A stretch of 62,009 bases of DNA, filler included, from Sphacelaria rigidula (GCA_964200075.2; 10 parts of 10 records of this genome joined end to end with filler, not necessarily neighbours in it); one strand, 5' to 3'; numbered from the whole stretch's first letter, positions 1 to 12,817 are shown. Translations and numbers: made by a program. Notes: generated by a model from the letters alone, not told the origin.

Positions 1-32
1 ACTGCCATCGCAATTTCCTCATGTCCCTGTTT
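1..32 (-). mobile_element. LINE fragment at contig edge (same family as 31056-31257)
   Basis: ACTGCCATCGCAATTTCCTCATGTC matches 31227-31251 and encodes MRKLRWQ on the minus strand. Confidence 0.55.
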
Positions 33-107
33 GTTTTTAGTGAGTACATTCCCAACTCTGCTCTCAAAAGCTGGTTTGGGGGGGGGCTATCGTAGAAAGT
101 GTCCTTC

Positions 108-325
108 AAACTTCGCAAATGAACCGGTTGAACCGGTTCACCGGAAAAACCGGTTCAACCGCCATAATCCTCCTTTTGCCGGTTAAACCGGTTTTTCGGT
201 GAACCGGTTCAACCGACAAAAAAAAACTCCGTTTTTTTAATTCTAGAACCGTAACCGGTTAACGCTTATTGGGGTTTCCAAAAGCCGGTTATAACCTAAC
301 TTTTCTTTACAGGTGCCCACCTCTG
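108..325. mobile_element. Right end of a hAT-family DNA transposon
   Basis: AACCGG-rich subterminal repeats end in GGTGCCCACCTCTG; collinear with the right end (44854-45072) of the complete hAT element. Confidence 0.8.
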
Positions 326-899
326 ATCTAAAAATGGCTATTATCAATATATATTTGTCTGGTAATGGTTTATAGAGTTAAGTCGACGGGCGTGCCCATC
401 ACCGCCCCCTTCACTGCACCAACGTTCTCTTTGCGCCGAGCTGCCGCCGCTCTGCTGGTTTCGAGGGCATCGTGGAGGATCTTGGCCTCTGGGATGAAGA
501 GCCTGTTGAGTGGAAGGAACATCAATATCGCTCCACCTTGCCGGGGAACATTGGGCTGCGCAGTTGTCAAATAGAAAGGCAAGGACTGTGTCTCTCTCCA
601 CCTGGAAGCCGGTGTACTCGACTCCGTGGTACCAGCACTGGCGAAAGGACTTACTGAGGCAGACGAAATCACTTGAAAATTACCACTGTCAGGCCGTCAC
701 TAACGATTCTGTCCTCGCTCATGATTGCTTGCCTGCCGCCGTGTGTCTTTTGATGTGATGCTTTGCGTTTTCGCGCTTCCACGCGCGCGTGTACACTGAC
801 TAAAGGACGGTACGGTCCTCAAAAAGAACTCGAGAAACGTCACCCAAGAACTTGAAAAAGCACAAAGGAAAAATACAAATAACGATAAAATGAAAACAT

Positions 900-980
900 C
901 TGCAGTTGCCCGACGGGTATCGAACCCCGCCCTATTTGCCAGAGCTTGAACATATTTACCACTGTCCTACCGAGGTGAGG
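900..980 (-). mobile_element. tRNA-derived SINE head / tRNA-like relic
   Basis: Minus strand has an A-box-like TAGGACAGTGG and a B-box GGTTCGATACC in a T-arm-like stem (CGGG/CCCG). No intact acceptor or anticodon stem. Confidence 0.5.
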
Positions 981-1239
981 TGACGTTGACTTCCTGCGAT
1001 TTTTCATCTTGCTTTTCCTGTACAAATATTGAGAGCAATTTAGCTGCGCGGTATTTGTTTGGGTGTTAATGAGAATCCACAGGAAAACCAGCGCTTGCGC
1101 GGTAATAGTTTGTGCGGAAATGGACGAACGTCACATGCTTGGTAACGACTTTGACTGTCATGCAAGAATACTCATTTGGTTGGTCAGAGTGATGCTGCGA
1201 CAGGGTCTGCACTTTTGGGGCCAAAACCGGCCTGAGAAA

Positions 1240-3151
1240 ATTCAATATCTGAGAACATTGTGACCTCCGCCCGAACCTCACACTGGAATTGTCTCATGGG
1301 TCATGGATGCATGTTCCTCCCTGAGGCTTTAAGAACTGTGGTGAGAGTCAAAGATGATTCGACATGCCTAAATCCTGATTTCCTCTCAGGCCAAAAGCGC
1401 AGACCCTATCGCAGCATCACTCGTCACAGTTTGGATGGCAGTGGTAATTCCTATTTATCATGGTAACGTACCATGCGCCATTTACTGGGGGGTCACCGCT
1501 GTAAATCTTGTGTGGGAAAATTACCGAAGAGATTCCTGCATATTTTCCTCGTCGCCCTACTAGAACATCATAACGAAGACGCATTCTGCACGTCGGGGCA
1601 GTGAACCAAATATCCGCTGAACCAGAAGAACCGTCAACTAGGAAGAATACCCTCGCTTGATCCGATGCTGACGGATGGAAAGTGGCCATGAAGGAAGGAA
1701 TAAAAGGTTTGTAAGACCATGAGGCGTCCACCGGCAAGTCCGTACCGCACGATAAAGCCGGTCAAGACAAGGCTCATTTTCAAGATCAAGCGCACGATGG
1801 AGCAGTAGAGAGATGTAAGGCTCGACTAGTGGCTCACGGATTTTAATCAGCGCAAGGGAGTCGAGTTGTTCGACACGTTTAGCCCAGCCGTAGTCTTCGA
1901 CGACACCCGCATGGATCTAGCGACAGCCGCTCTGCAGGATTGGGAATTGGAGTGATGGAGTTTCACGCAGGCATACCTAAATGCGCCCCTTCTAGAGGAC
2001 GTCCGGCTGGAGCTGCCCGACAAGGGAGTGTTCAAGGCCGACAGGGCCCTTTATGGCCAAGAGCAGTCCGCCGTGAAATGGGTCAAGGTATTGAGGCGTA
2101 CGGTATTTACCGAAGAATCGCACAGCAACCACCATGGAGAATACCTATGCTTTGATTAGGCCAAAATGGGCACATCGCTGTTCTAGTCACCTGCGTAGAC
2201 GACGTCCTGTTCTCAGGTGACTATCCCGACGAGGTTCAGCGTACACGAACATGCCTTTTGGCGAAGTACAAGCATCGGTACCCGGGCGTGTCCGACAAGC
2301 CTCACGACGTCGGCGTGACTGTGAGCCATGATAGGACAACTCTCGACCGGCGAGCTTGCGAGCTTGCATGGAGAGCGCCATCGTTGAAGGGATGGGTGTG
2401 ATATAAGGGCGGAAAACATTAATGCCCCTGTACCCGGGCATGGAGCTATCAGAGTGGAAGCAGAAAGAGAGGAGCTGAACTCCTCCCAATTGCGGTATGC
2501 GACGATGCCCTGGAAACTAGTGCTCATCGCAGGATCCCTCCCACGATATTTGAGAGCTAGGGAGCGGTACTGCCTCTCCCTGCTTGGGACACTGGCGAGG
2601 ACTTCAGCATGCCCTCCGCTATTTATCTGGTACGCTCGACGTCTGCTTGCGGTGTTGTATGGGTATACCAACGACCGAGAACACACCGGTGGGCTTTGCG
2701 CACTCAGACTTGGCAACTGATGCTGATACACGCAGGAGCGTCACAGGCTGCTTCCTGTTAATGAAAAAATCTTGGATAGTGTGTCGGTCCAATCCATGTG
2801 CTTCCGTCGCCCTTTCTTCTATAGAAGTTCTCTGGACGGCCAATGGACGCCATGGTACAGGGCATGTCTTCTTATTGCGCTTTTATTCGTGAGATGGCGA
2901 AAGCGATAGGACTGCCGGTGGATACCACCCCGTGCGACGATCGTGGCGCGGTCCAGTCGGCGACCATCACCGGGTTTATCAGGCATACGAGACATGTGAA
3001 CATGAAGCTGAAGTGCTCACGGAAATACATCGATGATAAGGCGTTTATCACTCAATATGCACCGACGAGCGAGCCACGTGCGGACATTCTCGCAAAGCGG
3101 GTCGGGAAGTCATCTGTCTTCAATTTCGTGAATTCTGTCCTAGCACGATGA
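1240..3151 (+). mobile_element. Decayed Ty1/copia pol (integrase remnant - RT - RNase H)
   Basis: Fragmented motifs in copia order: VRVKDDST (integrase); WKVAMKE, CKARLVAHGF, FDTFSPAV, QAYLNAPL, CVDDVLFSG (RT); GFAHSDLATDADTRRSVTG, VALSSIE, CDDRGA, TRHVNMK, ADILAK (RNase H). Many stops and frameshifts. Confidence 0.92.
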
Positions 3152-3196
3152 GTGGGATCGTATCAGTTCTCTATCTAATACTACCGCTGTATTACC

Positions 3197-3470
3197 ACGA
3201 GGGCGTGTCCAGATTATGTATTGGACATAAACTTCGTATGTAGATTCTCGGACGTGAAATCAACAAGCCTAGTAGGTGCCCGTACGGGTCAGTGCGAGGT
3301 ACCAACAGGAACGGTTCGGGAACCAGAGCTTTAGCCAGTATACTTGAGCTGACCGATAACGACTCCGTATTGATATCTCTATAGTTGGAGTTCAGGGCTG
3401 AGGTTCAGAGACAAGGTTCAGTTAGGACTGTACTCCGAGATAGGAGGTGAACTCCGAAGAAGTAACAAAA
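3197..3470 (+). repeat. Putative PPT and 3' LTR of the copia element
   Basis: Purine-rich GAGGGCG is directly followed by TGT at 3206, just after the pol stop. The 3' boundary is uncertain and there is no second LTR in the contig. Confidence 0.4.
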
Positions 3471-4095
3471 GTCCAGTGATGCAGCGCGCCATGCTCGACC
3501 CGTCAAGATCTCTTGAGGCGATTGTCTTGCTCCGATATACGCGGTACACTGCGAGGAAGCGCGGCCACACCATACGTTTCACAAGTACACAGTTATACCA
3601 TATCTGCGCGGGCAGCTTTGTGCCCGGGCGGTATCGCAGATATGCTTGATATGTAATGTTAGTAGCATGGCACCGCCCTGCAAGAGAGAGTTTACCGGTA
3701 CGGCATAAAACACCACAACAGTTTCATAAAACTATCACGGCACACTACCTTTACGGTTCCGTCATAGCAGTACTATGATAATATTATGAGAGCATCACAG
3801 CAAAACCATCACAATACCGTTGTAATCGCATAGCGTTCTCATGAATATACCATGAAAGAATCAGGCTACCGTGCGACTTCCGCTATGGTAAGCTCTGCTA
3901 CTGCGATAAAATACATATTACACATGGCTATGCGGTCATACCTGACATCCTGCACTGCAGTTGGTCTCGTGTGAAGGATTCAACTATCATGCATGGGGGA
4001 GCATAAGTCATGCTCAGGTGCGGGGAACATATCCAACTATTGTGTGGGAAAAGACCGAATATCTGCCATCAAACGCAACAATCATCAACTCGTAC

Positions 4096-4248
4096 CCGCT
4101 GCGAAGCATTCAGATCCGCTGGCCGCGTCCATGACGTTCACGTCTTGGAGGCACGTGGTTCCTGTGTTCTTGACCACCATCTCGTACGATATCTCGTCTC
4201 CCGCATTGAAGATGCCATCGACCCCCATATCTAGCACTCCAGTGAGCT
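4096..4248 (-). CDS. DUF7507/DUF11-like repeat protein, exon D (start of next repeat)
   Basis: CTCAG acceptor and GTACGA donor; 153 nt, phase 1/1; DMGVDGIFNAGDEISYEMVVKNTGTTCLQDVNVMD. Confidence 0.8.
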
Positions 4249-4421
4249 CTGAGCTCACGACAACAAGCGCGATACGTGTGTAGGGGCAGGGAGGCACTGT
4301 GAGACCGCGCAGCGGGGAAATCCATGGAATATATTCATTTAGACCGAGACTCACGCCCGACGTATGTGGCACTGCGGTGAATGGTTGTGGTCACAATTAA
4401 GTAGGTCTGGAAACACCTCAC

Positions 4422-4554
4422 CGATTGTTATCATCGACACGGGCTCTAATGCGTTCCACACGGTAGCGTTGCTGGCGACGTTGCCAACCGGACTAGCCGC
4501 CCCAGCTAGCACGGAGTTGCTCACGCCGGCGGCATCCACGTTGGCTTGTTGTAC
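4422..4554 (-). CDS. DUF7507/DUF11-like repeat protein, exon C
   Basis: TCCAG acceptor and GTGAGG donor; 133 nt; VQQANVDAAGVSNSVLAGAASPVGNV... completes the typical Y-x-V-x-Q-x-D/N-I/V-D-x-x-x-V-x-N motif. Confidence 0.8.
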
Positions 4555-5020
4555 CTGGATTTAGAAAGGAATCATAGTGACACGGCCCATGCTAAAGAAC
4601 GGCGGCCCCAGAACATTGCATGCAAGATTTGAAGCCGCCATACACTCGAAATCTTGGCCATGGATCCTCGCCACGATACCAGTTAATAACCGAAGCACCG
4701 CGGAACTGCAACAGAGACATGCTCTTGGTAGATCCAAAAAGAATTTATCCCCCCACTGTGTTCGATGAATCTCGAGCACCACGCGAAACTACGAGTATAG
4801 GTGAAGTACACTAAAGTGAATGATACACAGATCTTCGCCACACAAGCTAGAAGGCGTGATCGCTCTGAATCCTTCAGCGCTCGGACTGTCGGAGCGGGGA
4901 TGGTACAGAGTACCCTACGGTGGCGGATGAACCTGACCAGCGAGAAGGCTGCTGTATTTGTGCAATTACAAAGAATGGCCCAGCGCCGGAAAATTGTTCC
5001 GGTTTTCCGGACTCGCTGAC

Positions 5021-5105
5021 CTCATACACCACCGAGCAGTTCGTTGTGCCTCGAGGGTAAAGTTGCAGTCCGTCCAGGACAGGGTCACACATAATTGCCG
5101 CATCG
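5021..5105 (-). CDS. DUF7507/DUF11-like repeat protein, exon B
   Basis: TACAG acceptor and GTCAGC donor; 85 nt, in phase with exon A; DAAIMCDPVLDGLQLYPRGTTNCSVVYE. Confidence 0.78.
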
Positions 5106-5382
5106 CTGTACAAAATGTGGACAGGGGACGAGTACGGACAGTAGCCGTCAGCATTTTGCCGCTATGGCGAACTGCGATCATTGCAAGACCGTCTTGGGGC
5201 TCCCGAAACAAGCCACAGTATTCATTGGAATTTTTCTTGTGTCTACGTGCTGTTCAAAATAAATCTTCTGCACAAGTCTGCCATGGAAACTACTGCATTT
5301 GAAGCATCACGGGCTCGCTGGCGTCTGGGTTGACTATAATACCCTGCGACAAACCTCCGCTGAGTTTTGACGAAGACTATAC

Positions 5383-5622
5383 CTGGCTCCCTGGGCCAAC
5401 AACAGAGGACTAGATACGCTGATACCCGTCAGCGTAGTAGTGCCCTCATTGAGCAGCTGAATCATGTACTGGATTGTATCGCCGGCCGAGTCACCCTGGA
5501 CGGCATCTGAGTCTTCCATCGTAGCGCGCACTGACGTAACTAAGCCGGCCGTTCGGTGAAGTACTCGCGTCACCGTGGAGGAGTTGGTGATGGTTCCTGC
5601 CAAAGGGAGGTCACCTTTCACC
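5383..5622 (-). CDS. DUF7507/DUF11-like repeat protein, exon A (first visible)
   Basis: CTCAG acceptor and GTATAG donor; 240 nt, phase 2/2; encodes ...GDSAGDTIQYMIQLLNEGTTTLTGISVSSPLL. Confidence 0.8.
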
Positions 5623-6111
5623 CTGAGGCATCGGAGACAAATGATAGCAGCATTTTCGGGGGATTAGGTACGTTGAGCGTATGAGCGTAGTGAGTATCGC
5701 GAGCGGGTGGTAGGAGTTGCTACGGCTGAATGACCTAGATTAAATCCGTTTATGCACGAAAGATGATGAACCTACTGCTGGATTTTGCGTCGTTGTTGGT
5801 CTACGTAGTAGCCAACACAACTCAAGGAGGGAAGGGGGACGACAACGAAGGAACGGAAATCATGCATGGATGAACAGAAAAATATTCCCGACAAATTACG
5901 AACTATTCCCTGTCGTGGGGCTATTAGCCACGTCAATCAAAGAAACGCCTTTCTCGCGATATTGAGAGGATTTCAGGGTTGACCTTCCAAACAACTGTTT
6001 CGCTCAATAATAACTTAGTGGAGCCACGCTCGAGAAAATATGTAGCCATCATTATTATTATTATTATTTCCGCACATTAGTCCGATCTCGCGAACCCGTG
6101 GTCACAGACGT

Positions 6112-6211
6112 NNNNNNNNNNNNNNNNNNNNNNNNNNNNNNNNNNNNNNNNNNNNTTAATTAATTAANNNNNNNNNNNNNNNNNNNNNNNNNNNNNNNNN
6201 NNNNNNNNNNN
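6112..6211. other. Artificial contig linker N44-TTAATTAATTAA-N44 (first of nine; others at 12323-12422, 18534-18633, 24745-24844, 30956-31055, 37167-37266, 43378-43477, 49589-49688, 55800-55899)
   Basis: An identical 100-bp spacer with a six-frame-stop core recurs every 6211 bp; the intervening contigs are 6111 bp (last 6110 bp). Confidence 0.97.
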
Positions 6212-6536
6212 GTCTGTTCGGGTTAGTTGTGGGTGGTGTGTCTGCTGTGGGTCGGTATTGGCTCACGTTTGAGGTGGGTGGTGGGGGGGGAGTACCAAGA
6301 TAGCGACCGTTCTTGGTGTGGAAGAGGGCGACAAAATACATCTGCCACAACTTTTGTAGCGACTTCATCAACTGGTTGATGAATTTTCGTACGCTAACTG
6401 ATCAAGTACACGGACACCGCCGAGTTCACAGAAACGATCAACGCATTCAGGGTACTAGACGAACGAGACAAATCACACGCCAAAGGCTTCCACACACGGG
6501 AAAATACAAGGCAGACAACAAAAGTGCGAAACGTAC

Positions 6537-6665
6537 CTCCTGCCAACCCTTTTCTGTCGCGAAGAGAGATTTCGCCACCCTCGCAATCAGTGCCGCTACG
6601 GCATGCCGCGCCAATCGCGAAGGGTCCGTGCCGACCGCCTGAAGTAAAATGCCCTTGACTTCCTC
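6537..6665 (-). CDS. IPO4: Importin-4-like karyopherin-beta, next exon (HEAT repeats)
   Basis: ACCAG/GTACGT splice sites; 43 codons EEVKGILLQAVGTDPSRLARHAVAALIARVAKSLFATEKGWQE; phase-0 join to the previous exon. Confidence 0.85.
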
Positions 6666-7076
6666 CTGGTGTTTTGTTCGTCGTTGTTTCGTCAGTGCTT
6701 CAGTGGTTCGTGATGAGGGGATATAATTAGACCTCTGACAAGGTGTTCCCCGACACATTTCCGATATCGTTACATGTTGAGCGAAGATTCTCAACGTCTA
6801 ATGTAGATCGTCTTCCTCCCCCTCCCCACCGTTCTCACATGCGAATACACCAAGTCGATTTCAGACCTGCAGAAGGGACAAGCCCCCGTACTACCACTTT
6901 TACTGTATATGATTGCCCGTCACTTATGTTTAAACCAAACCACGATCAACATGTCATATAGATGACGGTCAAACTTGGCTGGCTTGCGCTGTGCTACGTA
7001 TGGCAGGGGGGGCAACAGCTTGAAATCTAGTCCGTGATTTCTCTCTGACGTCCGGAAAGGATGCTTTGTCCTTAGC

Positions 7077-8308
7077 TCAAGGGTGCCCCAGGAAGTTCAA
7101 CGTTGGTATTTCGGCTGCGACGGGTAGTTTTGGGAAAATACAGGAGGAAAAAGGGTGATGATGATCGGAACCTCTCCGATACGAGCTACTCCTGTCGCCC
7201 CGGCAAGCACCCTCTGACAATGACAAGAGCATACACAACCTGGGCCCGCCAAGAAGCGAATTTACAGCTTGCAGGCCCATTAGCCGGGCAATATTCAGAG
7301 TTGGGCCCCAAAACTTGGTATGGACAATGGAAAAGGCATAATACGAACAAATACGAGTGCACACAGGCTTTTTCTTCATGAGTTGAGAGCATTGTACTGA
7401 TACCTGAAAACTGATTATTGCTCTCAACTCATGAGAACAAAGAACTTTTGTGCAATGAAAGTTTGTTTTCATCATGCCATGTACATTGTCCATACCAAAT
7501 TTCAGGGTCGGACTCTGAATATTGGCCGGCTAATGGGTCATTTAGTGACGATCAGTGGGAATTCGGAGCAGTGTTTCGCAGGACCCTCAATGGCTCACGT
7601 TCGGTTTTTGAGTATCAAGATTTTGCGTGGAGCTTCGCTAGGGCAGCATTAACAGAACAAAGTAGATCAGGTTGTTTTCATTTTTTTTTTTTACTGGTTT
7701 GGGGCGTTTGAGTATGGAAACGACCATTTTCACGAGAACGCCCGGACCTCTCCCACAAATAAAAATTGGGGGCCAATTTCCTTTCATTCAGCATACCTCT
7801 ATGGTTTTTCATCCCGAGTTCGAAACCACGATTCTAGACATTTAGTTAAAAAAATTGAAATTAGGCCCAGGAGTAGTGTTCATTTCTCCTAAAAACTATC
7901 CTGAAAACGGAAAAAATATACAAGCTGTTTTTGGAGCTTTTTTGTGCACGATCGGTTCTCCATACGAACTTCTATGGGATACCTCTCTAAAACTGAGACG
8001 CGTTATCCAGATTTACTTCATCAGTGCCTCTGCTCGTAATAGTCCGGTTCTAGTATGAAAACTTATGTGTACCAAATCTCGAGAGATTTAGAATTACGTG
8101 AAGGTGAGGGTATCCATCGTCTCCCCGTGCTCCAGGGAATGTTCACACAAAAAATCGTCGTCACCCGCTGAGTGTATCGATCAGGGGTTTCAGAAGGATT
8201 CTAGTATGGGCGATATCTCCCTTAGGTGTAGCAATCATTGCACATGGGGTTTGATCAACTAGAAAATACTGGCCCAGACTTTTGAGTAGATGGGCACCTT
8301 CCCCTTGA
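7077..8308. mobile_element. Putative non-autonomous TIR element (Kolobok-like) in the importin intron
   Basis: Imperfect termini TCAAGGGTGCCC ... GGGCACCTTCCCCTTGA. Internal foldback with arms ~7276-7330 and 7484-7537, plus TCATGAGTTGAGAGCA / TGCTCTCAACTCATGA. Confidence 0.45.
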
Positions 8309-8606
8309 TTAGACTATTAATACGATATGAGGGTTATGGCCCAACTCGTCTAGGTATATGAGATTTTGCTTCGAGAGCTGAACTCCATTTCTAGCCTGGC
8401 CCAGCTAGCATACATCAACACTACATAATCGGGGCAAGAATTGCCATTACTAATTCCGCCGTACAGAATTCAGGTGACGCGGCTCCCTCGTACGTCACTG
8501 TTTCATAACGTAAACAAAAGTGGTCGTTTTTACCGGTGACCCACACTGATGAAAAGAAACATACCGAGTGTTTCTATTCTCCCCAGCGGTCAAACCTACG
8601 ACCCAC

Positions 8607-8777
8607 CTTTTGCTGGTCATTGAAGGTCTTCCAGTGCCCCATGATTTTCTTCTTAAGCAGCATAGCCGCCAGCTGTCGGGCTTGCTCGTGCTGCGAGGAG
8701 CGCATTTGCTGCAGCAGTGGCGGCACGCACGCCGGATCTTTGGTGTATTCTTTGAGTACGTTCTCCGCCGCTTTGAT
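8607..8777 (-). CDS. IPO4: Importin-4-like karyopherin-beta, IBN_N exon
   Basis: CTCAG/GTGGGT splice sites; 57 codons IKAAENVLKEYTKDPACVPPLLQQMRSSQHEQARQLAAMLLKKKIMGHW, matching the importin-beta N-terminal motif (R-Q-L-A-A-x-L-L-x-x-x-I...W). Confidence 0.85.
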
Positions 8778-11700
8778 CTGAGTGTTTGGAAACAAAATAC
8801 AGGTGAACCAAAAAAAGGGAGGAGGGCGGGTGGAAACAGAAAATTATACGATAGTGCTATCCACTCAGCATAATGGGTGATCGAGGTCAACAAGGCTCGC
8901 CACAACGCAGCTCATGTGCTCCATATATTTGGCTGACATCAACTGCGTACAAGTAGGGTATGACACCTCATGCGGGGCAACAAGTATGGACATGCGGAAC
9001 ATGGGGGTACAGTAATTGGTAGTACCCTTGTGGGTACTTGCGTCCAATACTCACAGAAGCTCTTCGTTTGGGTTGAAGTTTGGGTGCAAAATTGGTCGAA
9101 AAAATTATATCGTGCAATATTGGAAGCTCCGGGGGCACCACACGATACGTGGAGAAATTTCGTCCGCTGCCAGTTCCGCGAGGTTTTGGGCATGTGATCT
9201 TCGGAAGTGTAGGTGCACGCCGGTGGGAGATGAAGCGATCAGCGCAAGTGTTTCACGGCGAAACGAAATATCTCGAGCCGACACGCATGCAGCACCCTTT
9301 GTAGCAGGGTGCATGCTCACCCGCTACTCCATGCATCAATTCGGTTGCATAGCAGCTTTTTATATATACTGCGTACATGGAGGAGCTGGCTGCATGCGTC
9401 ACGGCAGCCATGTCACCTTGTGGCAAAGACACGAAGGAACGACGGCACACGTCACATGCCTGGGACGATTCTTCGACTCGTCAATCCCTGCCGTCGTTCC
9501 GTGTGAATGTGCAGTCCTTATATCTCTCTCGCACTCTGAACTCCTCTGCTTTCTCGGGATGAACCCGTCGTTTCAGGGGAACCAACCATCTGCTAGCCGA
9601 ACATGTTTTTGATTACCTATGTATTCACGCTTTCGAAAGATAAATCAATTACTCAATGCATCGGGAATCGAGGCCGCGGGATTTCCACCCTAATGAGGAA
9701 AGTCGAGCCATTTTAATTTACACCACCGGGTCGCGGTTGCTAAAAGGAATTGTACATTTTTCTTGAACCGACACTCTGAACGCCTGGGAAAACTCATTAG
9801 GTTGGTGTTCACACCGTGTGGATCTGCACGAAGATTGCAGGACCATCTCTGCAGGAGCAGTAGTGCATGAAAATCGAGTTGCAAACCCTTCAACTTGGCG
9901 AACAATATGGAACCGGAATCAACACGTCGCCTTGTGGTCCGTGGTCGATTAGGAACACGCAAGTAATGAACAAGGGCTTGCTGCTCCCTGACTCGAATCT
10001 TCAGGGATTTTTTTCATGTGAAATTCAGGAGTGTACAGGAACCGGTACAGCGGCATGACGACCAGGTGGCGGGTAACGGTAGCGATTGGCTTTCGAGGGT
10101 CACCTCGTGTGTCCTGAGAGTTACATCTCTTGTTTTACCTGATATCTAGCGTAGAAAACAAAGAAAACATGTATTCTGTTTTGCGATATTTCTCGATAAA
10201 AAAACGCCCTGAGAAAACAATCTGCTTCATTGTGAGCTTTCGGCCTGTAAGTTCAAGTAAAACCTCCACATCATTGCTATGGCCTCCGGATGAATAGGTG
10301 TGCACATGCCGTTTGTGTTCACAATATCACAGCTTGCGACTCGCCCTAGCTCCCAAAAACTGAATAATTTTACGCCGGAGCACGCGTGGAGTGGGTGTGG
10401 CTGACAAGCCTCATATATAGTACATATGTCCTCCAGGTCTCTGTGCGTGTCGTCGGCAAGAGCAGACACAATATGAGATCGAGACTCCTTCGAGTCCATT
10501 TCGTCCGCGCCACACCACAAACGAACAACTTTCATCCACCATCCGTGCCCCCTTCAGTGAACACGACTTTCTCCGTTGCTCTCATGATCCATCATTCGAT
10601 GAGACCGGAATGCGATATGCTCTCCACTTTCATCACTCCAAGGCTTGTGAAGTGTCGATTTTGTTCGCAAAAATAGCCTCCATCAGAAGATGGCCCTCGC
10701 TGGGTAGCTATCGACTCTTCACCCACCATCATGTGTTTCTGCTTGTGCAGTATTGTTCCTTTCAAGCGCATAGTTAAACTTTGCCCAGAAAATGCCCCGT
10801 GCACCCATAGCATGCAGATTTGACGAGGAATTCCATGTTACTTTACGGAAACGATGAAATCGAAATACTCGCACGTTTTTCTTCGACACCTCAAGTACTC
10901 GGCTCGAGTAGGAGCCCTTCGCCCTCACTGGAAAGTGGAATGATACACATACAGACGAGGCCAACTCTCGAGTTCTCTGGCGCCCAAAACCACTGATCTT
11001 CGCAAGGTCGAAGTCTGACTTCACAGGGGTGGTCAAAAAGATGTTGTCACAACGGCTTCTGCAGAGTGTGGTGAGAGGAAATAGATTTGTATTGAGTGTA
11101 GTTTACTAGCGGCAACTGTTGCAGGTGAATAAGACGGCACACCCGACGAACGTACCTCCGAACGCTGCCACAGCCACGTCTTGCGGCAAGGGCCATGCTC
11201 CCCTCCCTTGAGCAATACTCTATATTGCTCAAGAACCATAGAGACTGCCGTGTTTTAGACAGGGGTTTGGTGTTATGACAAGAGCATTCATCAGTTACCA
11301 TAAACTAATCTGAGTCGCTTCAAGTACCGAGTTCCCGTCGATTCCTCACACGCAAGGATGTGCAACCTGTTGAATTAGTATACTTTGTCAGTTGGAAAAA
11401 AAGAGCTTGTAGCAGAAGGGTTGAGCAATGCTGCTACGTTGGTTGTAGGATTCTTGGACGAACAGCAATTTTGATTTTTCTCAACCAGTTTGACAAAGTA
11501 TTTTTAGGAGACGCAACAGGATTCCACCTGGATACACAAGCCTGCAAGGGGCACGACCAAACGACGAACTTAGCTGTGGCTGCCTCCTCGTAAATGGTGC
11601 ATGTAGGATGATATCAGTCGAGTATTATTCTCGTATAATCTAAACATCTCAATTACGCCCCCCCCACCCCCCCCCCCAGCCTGGTCCGGCGAGAACCCGG

Positions 11701-11859
11701 CGTGCTCCGTCCTGGCTTTGTAGGGGCGGACCCTCCATGAGGTTAGAGTCGGTTGACGATGACGCTGTACAGCACGGCATTCACTGCGTACGCTAGGCAA
11801 ATAGGTGACCGTGATGGTAGTCGAACTAGATCATGTTGCGCGGTGTGGGAGAACCTCAG

Positions 11860-12210
11860 CTTCGCACGAAGAGGATGATCGTACTACGTAGTGTTCAAAT
11901 GGTGAGACTCATGAGGCAGTGTATAAGCCGTGGCTGCCTCTGGAAGTGGCGATACCAGAAAACGAAGCAACTGATGTAGCCTGTCGTCCAAATGCAAGAT
12001 AATCAGTGGGCTTAGGGCCGACTCATCTTCGCAGGATGGACCTCACCCTTCATGCGACCCTCGGAACACACCACGGCTCTTCACGCTTGGTGATTGAGTG
12101 CGCGAGCCTAGTCGGGCGAAAACCCGGCGTGCTTCATCCAGGCTTCAAAGGGATGCGAAGTCAAAGGTTATAAAAGTATGGCATGCATGATCACAAGTTA
12201 CCCCCCCAGG
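11860..12210. repeat. Dispersed repeat family (copies at 21430-21800 and 18634-18740; partial at ~11678-11730)
   Basis: Shared blocks such as GAGGATGATCGTACTACG, CTCTGGAAGTGGCGATACCAGAAAA, AAAACCCGG-GTGCT and AGGGATGCGA occur in two contigs. Confidence 0.75.
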
Positions 12211-12733
12211 GACATGAGGAAATTGCGATGGTAATATAGCGTAAAGAACATGCAGAGAAAGAGGCTGCCGGCTACAGTTGATAGGGCTGTATGTAGGAAG
12301 AGTACGATAGGGCAGGCTGGAGNNNNNNNNNNNNNNNNNNNNNNNNNNNNNNNNNNNNNNNNNNNNTTAATTAATTAANNNNNNNNNNNNNNNNNNNNNN
12401 NNNNNNNNNNNNNNNNNNNNNNTTGGTGTGGTTTTCTGTTCGTTTTGTTTTGTTTCTGGTTTTGCTCTTTCTTTATGCAGCGGCGGGGTGCTGGGGGGGG
12501 GGGGGGGGGGGGGGGGGGCTGCTCTTCTGCGCAAAGCTGTAGTATCCGAGTTATTACGTACCCCTCATGATCTAGTCTTCTGAGAATCCCTGTATTTTTT
12601 CCGGTTTTGTCATGACTTGTCATGTGAAGTGCTCTTTTCCGCTGTTGGCAAATAATGATCATTCACCACACGTGCCTTAAGCAGTTCGGGTCCTTTCTGA
12701 CGCTACGGTCGTTTTCCAGGGACCTACTCGGGC

Positions 12734-12817
12734 ATGGCTCAGCAGGGGGCCACACTGCAAAATTACAACAATGAGTTGGTGAAGTGCATAGAGGACTTAC
12801 GGGAAAAGAGGGAGGAG
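12734..12817 (+). CDS. SSNA1: SSNA1/DIP13/NA14 coiled-coil microtubule/basal-body protein, exon 1
   Basis: [28 protein letters not shown] followed by a GTGAGA donor; this is the diagnostic DIP13/NA14 N-terminus. Confidence 0.96.

Noticed and set aside
370..690. Further exon of the DUF7507-like gene beyond the copia insertion
   Set aside because: No in-phase acceptor without stops; the similarity is only compositional.
900..980. Functional tRNA gene
   Set aside because: A/B boxes are present but the acceptor and anticodon stems do not pair; treated as SINE-like.
10227..11240. Protein-kinase pseudogene (KGGEHG, QDVAV, DFDLAK, HRDL-like words on the minus strand)
   Set aside because: The motifs are in different frames, not in kinase subdomain order, and individually weak.
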